A DNA stretch of 64,000 bases, from assembly GCA_951406725.2 (NCBI GenBank), contig OX597841.1:14508001-14572000 (forward strand). Direction: 5' to 3'. Made by a program: the position numbers and the translations under genes. Below are positions 24,847 through 37,707 of this stretch, one piece after another. The first letter of the stretch is position 1. Every line of letters starts with the position of its first letter. The notes beneath the pieces were generated by a model. It saw only the letters and a program-made list of their open reading frames with translations. It did no database searches and had not been told where the DNA came from. The stretch is from Octopus vulgaris. Lineage: Eukaryota.

Positions 24847-25115
24847 TGACTTAGTGGTTAAGAGCATGGGCTACAAACCCCAAGATTATGAGTTCGATTC
24901 CAGGCAGTGACCTGAATAATAATAATGATAATAATAATAATAATAATAACAATAATGACATCGAAAAATACCTTAGGAATGAGAACCCAGGTCTGAAATT
25001 TCCCCAAGACACCTGATGAAGGCTGGAGAGTATTCAAGCCGAAACGTTGTGTTAACAACAAACAAGATGAGGACAAATATCCGTCAAATGTAAACAATGT
25101 ATATATCTTAATATA
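24847..25115 (+). mobile_element. tRNA-like head + (AAT)n + hammerhead-bearing segment
   Basis: A box TGACTTAGTGG, B box GAGTTCGATTCC, then a segment homologous to the minus copy at 23490-23622. Confidence 0.6.
25008..25053 (+). ncRNA. Minimal type-I hammerhead ribozyme motif (sense to NIPAL intron 1)
   Basis: GACAC-CUGAUGA-A-GGCUGG(agagtatt)CAAGCC-GAAA-CGU-U-GUGUU; one mismatch in stem II. Confidence 0.7.
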
Positions 25116-25541
25116 TATAAAACACTTTTCATGTGTTGGGCCCCATGGTGGCAATGGCATATGACTGAGACCTTTGGCAATATGCTGTGTTTGAGAAGAA
25201 AACCCATCAAAGCAAGTGAAATCATAGTTGTGGTAGAGACTGGTGTCACGCAAATGGCACTCGTGTCGGTGGCACATACAAGCACCCATTATGCTCTCAG
25301 AGTGTATGGCGTTAGGAAGGGCATCCAGCCGTAGAAAACCATGCCAAATCAGACTGGAATCTGGTACAGCCTTCCTGCTTTCCAACCTTGGTCAAATCGT
25401 CCAACCCATGCCAGCATGGAAAACAGATATTAAACGATGATGATGATGATGATGATGGTGGTGACACACATATATAGGCATATATTTGCATACATATGTA
25501 CACGAGTATATCCAAAAACAGACATAAATATGTAAATTCTC

Positions 25542-25575
<34 letters not shown>

Positions 25576-25949
25576 TAAATTAGAGATAAAACCACTATTA
25601 GGCAAATCAAACAGTGAAAAACATAAGCCAATACATAGAAATAAAATTAATTAAAATATATATAAAAAATATAAAATATAAAAATCCAATTAAAATATTT
25701 AAATTAAAGTTAAAATTTTTTAAAAATTATTAAAATTGATAATTTAAACTTATAAATTATAAATATATATATATATTTTTACTATTATTTTATTTAATTA
25801 TTTATTTTTTATTTTTATTTATATTTTATATTTTTTATTTTTTAAAGTTTTTATATTTTTATATTTATTTATTTATTTATTTTTAATCCTAAATCTAATT
25901 TTTCCCTGTAAGTTTGGATTTACTCCCTAATATTATTATTATATATATA

Positions 25950-26348
25950 CAGGAGTGGCTGTGTGGTAAGTAGCTTGCTAACCAACCACATGGTTCTGGG
26001 TTCAGTCCCACTGCGTGGCATCTTGGGCAAGTGTCTTCTGCTATAGCCCCGGGCCGACCAATGCCTTGTGAGTGGATTTGGTAGACGGAAACTGAAAGAA
26101 GCCTGTCGTATATATGTATATATATATATATATGTGTGTGTTTGTGTGTCTGTGTTTGTCCCCTTAGCATCGCTTGACAACCGATGCTGGTGTGTTTATG
26201 TCCCCGTCACTTAGCGGTTCGGCAAAAAAGAGACCGATAGAATAAGTACTGGGCTTATAAAGAATAAGTCCTGGGGTCGAGTTACTCGATTAAAGGTGGT
26301 GCTCCAGCATGGCCGCAGTCAAATGACTGAAACAAGTAAAAGAGAGAA

Positions 26349-26350
<2 letters not shown>
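25950..26350 (+). mobile_element. SINE family A (tRNA-derived head, internal TA/TG microsatellite)
   Basis: A box TGGCTGTGTGG, B box GGTTCAGTCC, CTTGGGCAAGT core, AAACAAGTAAAAGAG tail. Confidence 0.9.
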
Positions 26351-26392
<42 letters not shown>

Positions 26393-27046
26393 GAAGGTTT
26401 GAAAATGCAATTTAAAAGATGTTTATTTACTTTACCGGTTTCACTCTTTGGAAAAGATTGTCAAAAGTAACATGTGGAAGTTTGGTTGCGTTAATTATTG
26501 GTTGTTGCAAATTGCTACATTACATATATATATATATACAGTCTTTGGTAACAGGGACATGTTAAGGACATAAAAAAGTTCAACAAGTTCCTTAAAATAT
26601 TGGGCACAAAAGATTACTACATAAATAATCGTTCTCAAGGACATGCTTAAGATAGTTTCCAGAAGGAATTGATATTGGTATTGATATTGTACAGAATATT
26701 GGTTGACACAGAGTACTACAATCCATATAAATATACAGTCTTTGGTGACAACAGTATGTTGAGAATATAAAAAAGTTTAACAAGCTCATTGAAAATATAT
26801 ATATATATATATATATATACTCACACATGCATAATGCATATATATACATACATTAACGTAGATATAATAAATGAACTCCTGCATATATATACATAAATTA
26901 AATTATAAATGCAATGAATATATATCATTTAAACATATTTGTCTATACACCTGGTGGAAAGCCAAAGTTTCAGTCGATAAAATTATTAAAAAATATTCCA
27001 CTTTTCTTAGGTATTGAATCCTTTATGCAGGTGATGATAAAAATGC

Positions 27047-27210
27047 ACGCAGGAGTGGCTGTGTGGTAAGTAGCTTGTTTACCAACCACATGGTTCCGGG
27101 TTCAGTCCCACAGTGTGACATCTTGGGCAAGTGTCTTCTGCTATAGCCCCGGGCCGACCAAAGCCTTGTGAGTGGATTTGGTTGACGGAAACTGAAAGAG
27201 GCCCGTCGTA

Positions 27211-27269
<59 letters not shown>

Positions 27270-27482
27270 ATGTTTGTCTGTGTTTGTCCCCCTAGCATTG
27301 CTTGACAACCGATGCTGGTGCGTTTACATCCCCGTCACTTAGCGGTTCGGCAAAAGAGACCGATAGAATAAGTACTGGGCTTACAAAAGAATAAGTCCCG
27401 GGGTCGATTTGCTCGATTAAAAAGGCGGTGCTCCAGCATGGCCGCAATCAAGTGACTGAAAACAAGTAAGAGAGTAAGAGAC
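27047..27482 (+). mobile_element. SINE family A
   Basis: Same head, body and tail. Confidence 0.9.
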
Positions 27483-27603
27483 ACCTAGACAAACTCCTAC
27501 ACACACATCCACGCCCATGCTCACATTCACAAAAACATACACACACTGACACACAATGGGACTGAACCCGGAACCATGTGGTTCGTAAGCAAGCTACTTA
27601 CGC

Positions 27604-27642
<39 letters not shown>

Positions 27643-28269
27643 TTAGTTTGGATTATGAAAAAATGACAAGAGTAATTGTTTCACTTCTTGCTCGTCCCCC
27701 CCTCCCCAGGTGCCAAGGATATAATTGTGGCGGTGGTGGTGGGGGTGGAGGGGAGTGGTCATTAAGGTGGGCTGATGATTAAAAACAGTTCGGGGGTGGG
27801 GTGGGGGTGGATTGTGGGATTGGGTTACCTTAAGCACGACTGGAATGATACTTAGGTGGGGGAGGTGAATGGGATCCGCTGAGTAAACTTAGACGAAAAA
27901 TGTGTTCCCCCCCCCGTCACGAGACAAACCTTTGTTCTTCCGTTTTTGGTAATAAAGAAGCCGTGGTTGTCACGGCGACACGTTCTGAGCAATCCTTTCT
28001 CATTCCTCCGACATTAAGCTACGTACATACCTGTACAAACGAACTACTGGCGTCAGGTAAGACGATGATTGTGATGACGATGATGATCATCATCAGCATC
28101 AGTGAATGTCCTTTTTTTTCCGTTCTGGCATGGGTTAGAGAGTTTCACAGCATCTGGCAAACTGAAGAGCTGCACCAGTCTCCTCCTCCTCCTCATCATC
28201 ATCCTCATCATCATCATCATCATCATCTTCATCATTGTTTAACATCCGCTTTCCATATACATTTTGGCA

Positions 28270-28710
28270 TCCTCCTCATCATCATCATGGTTTAACGTCC
28301 GCTTTCCATGCTGGCATGGGTTGGACGAATGACTGAGGTCTGGCGAACCAGATGGCTGCACCAGGCTCCAGTCTTGATCGGGCAGGGTTTCTATAGCTGG
28401 ATGCCCTTCCTAACGCCAACCTCTTCGAGAGTGTAGTGGGTGCTTTTTACGTACCACTGGCACGGGGGCCATTCAGGCGGTACTGGCAACTACCTCACTT
28501 GAATGTTTTTACACATGCCACTGGCACAAGTGCCAGTAAGGCGACACTGGTAACAATCACGCTCGAATGGTGCCTTTTATGTGCCACTGGCACGGAAGCC
28601 AGATAGCTGCTCTGGCAACGATCATGCTCCAATTGTCTGATTTTACTTGGTTTCTATGGCTGGATGCCCTTCCTAATGCCAACCACTTTACAGAATGTAC
28701 TGGGTGCTGT
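28270..28710 (-). mobile_element. Family D repeat (GGTTGGCRTTAGGAAGGGCATCCAGC...GGACGTTAAA(TGA)n tail, internal GTGGCAC subrepeats); further copies near 23650, 31000, 37190, 42730, 50890, 60830
   Basis: Recurring homologous sequence; the (TGA)n tail is shared with the RTE fragment at 7200. Confidence 0.8.
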
Positions 28711-28724
28711 GTGAGATGGTGGCT

Positions 28725-28914
28725 TTAAGGGTTTTGTGAAAGGCCTAGTTGGAGGCTCAACCTTCTAAGTTCTTTTATAGGGCTTAGAAAAACGAAAGGA
28801 CCATTGCAATAAGTGTGTGAATCTGAGAGGGGAATACGTTGGATAAAATCATAATTAACTGATCCTCCTCTATTTTCTTTGACCCCAAACCAGGAACTTT
28901 TAAGCACCCCTTCG
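28725..28914 (-). mobile_element. Mariner-like terminal fragment
   Basis: TA|CGAAGGGGTGCTTAAAAGTTCC terminus resembles mariner TIRs. Confidence 0.5.
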
Positions 28915-29414
28915 TACATGTGGAACTGGCACAGGTGCCTTATATGTGACACCTGCACAGGTAAATTTTTGTGTGGCGCCAGTATGGTTTTTACGTGACA
29001 CCAACACCTGTGAGTCACAGGTGACATTTTCCTCTTCCCCAAAAGCAAATCCAACCTGAAGGGAATGCTACAAGACTGCTGCTTGCTGTCCCCTAAAAAG
29101 GAGTTCCATGAATGGAAATGGTGCTGGATAAACTGTGTGGCTCCAGAAGGGGACTACATCGAAGAAGATTAGATATGTGTTCTGGTTCTTGTTTACTAGC
29201 ATCAACTGCGATACTTATTGGTGGACACCTTGCTTATGAAGAGTAAAATTCAAAGGTTCTGGGACATGGAAAGGCTCACTAAATCCCCATTGGTGTGAAG
29301 CAAACTGTTTAACCTCACAGCTAATCCCTAACTAGAGATTAGCTCATTGACTAAGCCTGTAGATAATTTTTTTTTGTCTAGCTTAAAGGATTATGTCAGC
29401 ATTATGCATATGGA

Positions 29415-29798
29415 ATGGAAGCACTCCGTCCATTACGACGACGAGGGTTCCGGTTGATCCGAATCAACGGAAAAGCCTGCTTGTGAAATTAACATGTAAG
29501 TGGCTGAGCACTCCACAGACACGTGTACCCTTAACGTAGTTCTCGGGATATTCAGCGTGACACAGAGAGTGACAAGGCCGGCCCTTTGAAATACAGGTAC
29601 AACAGAAACAGGAAGTAAGAGTGAGAGAAAGTTGTGGTGAAAGAGTACAGCAGGGATCACCACCATCCCCTGCCAGAGCCTCGTGGAGCTTTTAGGTGTT
29701 TTCGCTCAATAAACACTCACAACGCCCGGTCTGGTAATCGAAACCGCGATCCTACGACCGCGAGTCCGCTGCCCTAACCACTGGGCCATTGCGCCTCC
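29415..29798 (-). mobile_element. SINE family B, full length
   Basis: Head GGAGGCGCAATGGCCCAGTGGTTAGGGCAGCGGACTCGCGG..GGTTTCGATT; near-identical to 56838-57220. Confidence 0.9.
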
Positions 29799-30370
29799 CA
29801 TTCTGCATATGAAGAGTACAACACATTTGTTTAAGGTTCTAGGGCGCGGAAACGCACATCAAGATCCTTTAGGTGTGACGAAAATCTCTTAAACAAGGTC
29901 ACATTCAGCAAATTATTCAACCACTGTGTGTGTGTCTCCCTCTGTCTATGTGCATACGTATGCGCGCACATGTGTGTGTGTGTGTGTGTGTGTGCGTAGG
30001 GGCTTCTGTTGTATGCTCTACAGCTTCACCTGCCTACGTTCATTGATGCATGTCAAAGAGGTGAGTAAGTGGTTTAGCCCATAGTGTTGTCATAGCAACA
30101 GGTTAAGAGTGGAATGCAAACTCTCAATTACATTTCAGTACTCTTATTCATTGAATGAGTTCTTATCTGTGTGTGTGTGTGGGTGGCTGGGTGGGTGGTT
30201 GGGTGGGAGGCATATTTGTGTATATTGTGTAGAGAAGCATAAAATGTCAATGAATAGCATACATACATACATACATACACACATATATATAATATATAAT
30301 ATATATATATATATGAATTAGAAAAAAAACACCTTTTATCAATTCAACAATGAAAAAATTAAATTATACC

Positions 30371-30828
30371 CTTTTACTCTCTTTTACTTGTTTCAGTCAT
30401 TTGACTGCGGCCATGCTGGAGCACCGCCTTTAGTCGAGCAAATCGACTCCGGGACTTATTCTTTTGTAAGCCCAGTACTTATTCTATCAGGCTCTTTTGC
30501 CGAACCGTTAAGTGGCGGAGACGTAAACACACCAGCATTGGTTGTCGAGCAATGCTAGGGGGACAAACACAAACACACAAACACATCATCATCATCATCA
30601 TCATCATATCGTTTAACGTCCGTTCTCCATGCTAGCATGGGTTATATATATATATATACATATATACGACGGGCTTCTTTCAGTTTCCGTCTACCAAATC
30701 CACTCACAAGGCTTTGGTCGGCCCGAGGCTATAGTAGAAGACACTTGCCCAAGGTGCCATGCAGTGGGACTGAACCCGGAACCATGTGGCTGGTAAGCAA
30801 GCTACTTACCACACAGCCACTCCTGCGC
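30371..30828 (-). mobile_element. SINE family A with a nested family D tail fragment
   Basis: Direct homology. Confidence 0.85.
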
Positions 30829-30927
30829 CTACCATATAAAAAAATTATATCCTACAGAAAAAATTAAATATAAGATAAAAACATATACCAATGATTAAGT
30901 AATGTGCAAAATAATAAATAAAACTTG

Positions 30928-30974
<47 letters not shown>

Positions 30975-31721
30975 CATATCATCATCATCATCATCGTCCA
31001 CTTTCCTTGCTTGCATGGGTTGGACGATTTTGACTGAGGGCTAGCGAACCAGATGACTGAACCAGGCTCCAATCTTGATTTGGCAGAGTTTCTACAGCTG
31101 GATGCCCTTCCTAACACCAACCACTCCGAGAGTATAGTGGGTGCTTTTACGTGTCACCGTCACGGGGGCCAGTCAGGCAGTACTTGCAATGACCTCACTC
31201 AAATCTTTTTACACATGCCACCGGCACAGGCGCCAGTAAGGCGACGCTGGTAATGATCACACTCAAATGGTGCCTTTTATGTGTCACTGGCACAGAAGCC
31301 GGTTAGCCGCTCTGGCAACAATCATGCTTGGATGGTGCTCTTTGCACCCCCCCTAGCATGGATGCCAGTCATCGAATTTGATTTCGATTTCACTTGCATC
31401 AACAGGTGTTCAGAAGCAGAGTTTAGTGTCCAAAAAAGGCAAGGTATGCATAAGTGGGCTGGTTACGCTCCTGGCATGGGCCACGAGGTTATGGTTTCAT
31501 TTGGCTTGTGTGTATGTGTGTGTTTAAACACTCCTGATTTAAGCAGTGATTAAAAAGCTCTCAAATGTCAGTTTGAAAACTGCTTTTAAGAGAGAAATTC
31601 CTATCAGAGTCACTCTTTTTGTCAACTTACAAACATCTGATTATTAAAGAGGATAAATTATCAGAAAACCATTTCTATTCATTGTGTGTGTGTATATACA
31701 TATGTATGTATATATACATGC

Positions 31722-31771
<50 letters not shown>

Positions 31772-31781
31772 GTATGTATAT

Positions 31782-32065
31782 AAAGTCGATCTCGGCAGAA
31801 TTTGAACTCAGAACGTAACGGCCGACGAAATACCTATTTCTTTTCTGCCCACAAGGGGCTAAACACAGAGGAGACAAACAAGGACAGACAGACAGATTAA
31901 GTTGACCATATCGACCCCAGTGCGTAACTGGTACTTAATTTATCGACCCCGAAAGGATGAAAGGCAAAGTCAACCTCGGCGGAATTTGAACTCAGAACGT
32001 AGCAGCAGACGAAATACCACTAAGAATTTTGCCCAGCGTACTAACATTCCTGCCAGCTCACTGCC
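31782..32065 (-). mobile_element. SINE family C with Meta-domain-like GCCTTTCATCCTTTCGGGGTCGATAAA; other copies 32675-32908, 51183-51340, 1810-1950, 63650-63860
   Basis: tRNA-like head GGCAGTGAGCTGGCAG..GAGTTCAAATTCC; MetaSINE resemblance is from recall. Confidence 0.8.
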
Positions 32066-33454
32066 TTCAAAACCACAGAGCTTCTTATGACACAGCTCTG
32101 GCTGTACCTATATCTATTTAAAATGTCTGGCAGAGTCAGGTATCTGCTTGCTAAATTATGCAGTTAATCAGGTCATGCTGTAGGACGTTATGGTCCAGTG
32201 AATCTTTCTCAGCTGTATAGTTCTTGACAGCTTCAATACACCAGAGAGGGCTGGCTGTAGACAACAGCCTCAAATTAACAAACGAGGTTATGAATTTTAT
32301 TAAAAGTATAACAGCATAATTGATTAGAAATAGTATCAGCCTGTTTGAGAGTTGAAGTTTGGCTCGGCCCCAGGGAAAGATAACGATGATCTAATTTTAG
32401 TAACGAAGCAACGGCATGGGAAATATTTTGTTGGGAGTAAGTCCTTGTAATTAGTAAGTCCTTGTAATTAGTATTTATCGACCTGGAGAAGGCTTTTGTT
32501 ATAGTTTCATGCTTGGTATTTTGGTAGTTGCTAAAGAAATTTGATGTAGTGGAACGGTATTGAAGTATTGAAGACCAATCTCAAACCGCTGAGGCTTATG
32601 AAGATGACGAAGGACCGAGATATGTGGTACATTGCTGTACTCAATAAGGCCCACCCACCACAACAGAAGGGATATCTATTTCTTTACTACCCACAAGGGG
32701 CTAAACACAGAGGGGACAAACAAGGACAGACAAAGGGATTAAGTCGATTACATCAACCCCAGTGCGTAACTGGTACTTGTTTAATCGACCCCGAAAGGAT
32801 GAAAGGCAAAGTCGACCTCGGCGGAATTTGAACTCAGAACGTAACGGCAGACAAAATACGGCTAAGCATTTCACCCGGTGTGCTAACGATTCTGCCAGCT
32901 CGCCACCTTAACAGAATGGATATCCTGAAACCACAGTGCCACTTAAAAAGCACTGGTGATGGTGCCATGTAAAAAGCACCGGTGCCGTTAAGGCAAAAAG
33001 AGCACCCAACACACCCTGTAAAGTGGTTGGCATTCGGAAGGGCATCCAGCTGTAGAAACCATGCCAAAAGAGACTGTGGACCTTGGTGCAGCCCCTGTCC
33101 AACCGTCCCTTAGAGACAAGTTGTTTTGAGAAAATTTGGTTTAAATGTTTGACAACTCAGCACCATTCATTGGACAGGGTGCGTTTTGCTTGTATATACA
33201 CATACAACTTTCTCTCACTCTTACTTCCTGTTTCTGTTGTACCTGTATTTCAAAGGGCCGGCCTTGTCACTCTCTGTGTCACGCTGAATATCCCCGAGAA
33301 CTACGTTAAGGGAACACGTGTCTGTGGAGAGCTCAGCCACTTACACGTTAATTTCACGAGCAGGCTGTTCCGTTGATTCGGATCAACCGGAACCCTCGTC
33401 GTCGTAACCGACGGAGTGTTTCCAGTTCCACATACATTTATATATATGTATGTA

Positions 33455-33843
33455 TATATATATATAAAGCTGAAGTTGTCTGTGTGTGGCAGGTTTGGTA
33501 TAGCCTTCAACTAACACTATCTCCTCTGAGACCCTGTGGTGCAAGTTGACCAAAATTGAGAGTATGATAGAAGAAGGCTTGCTCTTCCTTCCGTAGAAGA
33601 AAAAATTCAAATCGAACCATGTTAACACCAAAAATTATTTACATCAAAAAGGTGCTTTTTTCTATGAAAATCCCTATTTTTTACGATTTTTTACTGCTGT
33701 GTCGCCATTTTCCGGTGTATTTCAACCAGAAAAATGTTCACTTAAAGAGAATAACAAGCTACATAATGCAAAATGTTTACTTTTCAAAAATTCCAATTCT
33801 AAAGGGTCAAAACAAACCCGAGCAACGCCGGGCAATACTGGTA

Positions 33844-33844
<1 letters not shown>
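33455..33844 (+). mobile_element. Helitron-like element, second copy
   Basis: Homologous to 10760-11149; 3' hairpin, end GTAG|T. Confidence 0.75.
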
Positions 33845-33885
<41 letters not shown>

Positions 33886-34682
33886 GCATATATGTGTACA
33901 CATATACATGCACTTCTGTACATATATAACCAGTATAACCAGTTAAGAAATTCACTTCTGAACCACGACATTCTAGTTTCAATCCTAGCTGTCAGCAGCG
34001 CCAGAAGATTGATGGTAGAAAGACAACTTACAAGATAATAACCGACAGTGGTGTGTCCTGGACATTTTAATGGCTGACCGGTATGTCTATGTTGAGAGAA
34101 GAATTTAACAGCCGAGTGTTTGGGTGGGGGGGGGGGGCCGTGCGGAGGAGGGACCCCGCGTCTGCGTCTGTGTTTATATATGTCTATATGTCGAACAGGC
34201 AACATACTTAAGACATAAGTAAGTGTGTGTGTGTGTGTGTGAGTGTGGGGGTTGGAATGTGTAGGGGTGGGGTGGGGGGTCTCCCCTGCCTTTGTATGTA
34301 CCTGTGTGTGTGTGTAGGATGATGAGGTGGTGTGACCTTGTAAGGAAAACAGAGGCCTCTTTGTAGAAATGGGTCTGTGTGTGCGTGCGTGCACGTGTGT
34401 GTGTGCATGTGTGTGTGTGTGTGCGTGCGTGACTGTCTAAATACTATGAGCTAACAATGAGATTAATATTTAAATGGACCGAGTTGGTATGAGACGATGT
34501 GTGTTCTGTGTATGTATATATGTGTATATATATATGCCTGCGTGTAAATATGTATATGTGCATGTGTGTGTGTATATATATATGTGTGTGTGTGTATTTG
34601 TGTGTGTCTGTATTTCTGTGTGTATGTGTGTGTATATATATATATGTGTATGTGTGTGTGTATAAGCATTTGTGTATATGTG

Positions 34683-34720
<38 letters not shown>

Positions 34721-34721
34721 C

Positions 34722-34753
<32 letters not shown>

Positions 34754-34759
34754 TTATAC

Positions 34760-34824
<65 letters not shown>

Positions 34825-35175
34825 TTATACACACTCACATACAGACACAAATACTCATACACACTTATAGCATTAGTCTTTATTCACTACAACCACCATC
34901 TTACTTATTTACCATACATCACCTCCACCACCACCTCCACCATCGCCACCACCACCACCACCACCACCACCGCCACCACCGCCACCACCACCACCACCTG
35001 TGTGCTTGTTAACTAGACAGAGCAGGTAGTAATGTTTCCCCTGTAGTGCCATCTCTCCCACCACCCCCACCCCCACCTAATTGCTAGTGTGACAGTGGGT
35101 ACCACTTGGTGGTGGTGGTCGTGGTGGGGAGGGGGCATCACAAAGAAATTAGATCAAAAGACACCCAAGTCACGT

Positions 35176-35212
<37 letters not shown>

Positions 35213-35616
35213 ATGCACACACATGCACCTATTCACAAACACATACATACACCCGCAAATACACAGATACACACACACACACACACACACAAGTACTACA
35301 TACACACACATACACACAAGCATACACACCAACACACACATGCATACATACATACCAACACATACATAAATACTGCACACACACACACAAACACACATAA
35401 GTACTGCACACACACACACACACACCAACACATACACAAGTACTTAACACACACACACAGAAGCATACACACCAACACACATAAGTACTGCACACACACA
35501 CCCACACACACAAAGGGCTTTGTAGAATTTCCGTTTCTCAAGTTCATTCAAGGCAGTATGTGACCTGCGCCCCCCATGGCTATAGTAAAAAACGTTTGCT
35601 CAAAGGGTGCCATAGT

Positions 35617-35915
35617 GGAGGCACATGGCCTAGTGGTTAGAGCAGCAGACTCATCGTCGAGGGATCGCAGGTTCGAATCTCAGACCGGGCGATGTGTGTG
35701 TTTATGAGCAAAACACCTAAGCTCCACGCGGCTCCGGCAGAGGGTAATGGCGAAACTTCTGCTGACTCTTTCGCCACAACTTTCTCTCACTCTTTCCTCC
35801 TGCATCTTGCAGCTCACCTGCGACGGACCGGCGTCCCCCGTCCAGGTGCGGAACCTATACGCCATGGAAACCGGGAAACCGGCCCTTATGAGCCAGGCAT
35901 GGCTTGAGAAGGAAC
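35617..35915 (+). mobile_element. tRNA-derived SINE (family B head) nested in a degenerate family A copy
   Basis: GGAGGCACATGGCCTAGTGG..GGTTCGAATCTC. Confidence 0.8.
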
Positions 35916-36374
35916 AAAAAAAAAAAAAGGGTGCCATAAGACAAGATTGAACCTGAAACCACAATGTTGCAGGTAAGCATCTCCACCAGACGGCCAAATC
36001 AAGGGCCCTGGTCAGAAGAGATTTAGAAATCAAAGGATGATATTCGCTGATGTCAAATTGAATGGAATCTGAGTCATGTTTATTCCTAATCCGATCGATT
36101 ACCTTATTGTTTTTATTAATTTTTCTTGTGCTATTCCCTTCCAGATAATCCTATTTCAGCTTTTTGGTAGGATTAATAGATAATTGTGGGATATTTTTCT
36201 TTTTTTTTTTTTTTGGGCAGGATTAATAGATAATTTTCGCTGAATAGATAAATATTTCTCCATTATTAACCACTGACACACACGAGAAAAAAAACAAACT
36301 ATTCAACAGGATCTGAAAGTGAGTCGCAGCTGTGAGCCAAGTGGGAAAATATTAGAACAACACAAGGCAACTGC

Positions 36375-36671
36375 ACCATCATCATCATCGTCATCATCAT
36401 CACCATCATCGCCATCATCATCATCATCGCCATCATCATCATCGTCATCATCATCGCCATCATCACCATCATCATCATCATCATCATTATCGTCATCATC
36501 ATCATTATCGTCATCATCATCACCGTCATCATCATCATCATTATCGTCATCATCATCATTATCGTCATCATCATCACCGTCGTCATCATCGTCATCATCA
36601 TCGTCATCATCATCATCATCATCATCATCACCATCACTATCATCATCATCATCATCGTCATCATCATCATC

Positions 36672-36703
<32 letters not shown>

Positions 36704-36799
36704 CATTATCATCATCACCATCATCATCATCACCACCATTATCATCATCACCATTATCATCATCATCATTATCATCATCATCATCATCATCACCATCAC

Positions 36800-36840
<41 letters not shown>

Positions 36841-36912
36841 CCATCATCATCATCACCATTATCATCATCACCATCATCATCCTTATCATCACCACTACCA
36901 TCACCATCATCA
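36375..36912. repeat. (ATC)n trinucleotide block
   Basis: Direct reading. Confidence 0.95.
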
Positions 36913-37051
36913 AAGGGAGGGGAGGGGGCCATTGGAGGAGAGGATCTTGTGTCAGCTGATGAAAAGTTAGAGTGTGACAGCAAGGCAGAAACTTGCTGCA
37001 GAGGAGCTACGTGGTTACCCAGCCAAAGAGAGGAAGAGAGGAAGAGGAAGA

Positions 37052-37090
<39 letters not shown>

Positions 37091-37707
37091 AACAAGAATG
37101 AGGGCAGACTCATTGGTGTGTTGCTGAAGAGGAAGGACACGGTTACCTAGAGAAAGAGAGAGAGAGAGGGAGAGTTAACGAGAAGAAATGTGGCACGTAA
37201 AAAGCACCATCCGAATCGTGGCCAATGCCAGCGCCGCCTTGACTGTCCTCCGTGCCGGTGGCACATAAAAAGCACCATCCGTTCGTGGCCGTTTGCCAGC
37301 TCTGTCTGGCCCCTGTGCCGGTGGCACGTAAAAAGCACCCACTACACTCACGGAGTGGTTGGCGTTAGGAAGGGCATCCAGCTGTAGAAACATTGCCAGA
37401 TCTGACTGGAGCCTGGTGCAGCCTTCTGGCTTCCCAGACCCCGGTCGGACCGTCCAACCCGTGCTAGCGCGGAAAACGGACGTTAAACGGTGATGATGAT
37501 GATGATGAAATGTGTGCTACTGTGAAGGTGATGCATGGTTACCTAGCCAGAGGTGAGGGCAAAGGATGGAGGCAGAGAGAATGATGAAGAATGAGGGCAG
37601 GAACTGGTTTGTTGCTGAAGGGCAGGGACATGGTTACTCATCCATGTGGAAGAGCAAGGGAAAGAGAGACAAGTGCAGGAGAGGGATGACGGCAAGTGCC
37701 GGGGTAT

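Noticed and set aside
29720-29798. tRNA-like sequences here and at other SINE heads as tRNA genes
   Set aside because: They continue into SINE bodies and lack a proper acceptor stem and terminator
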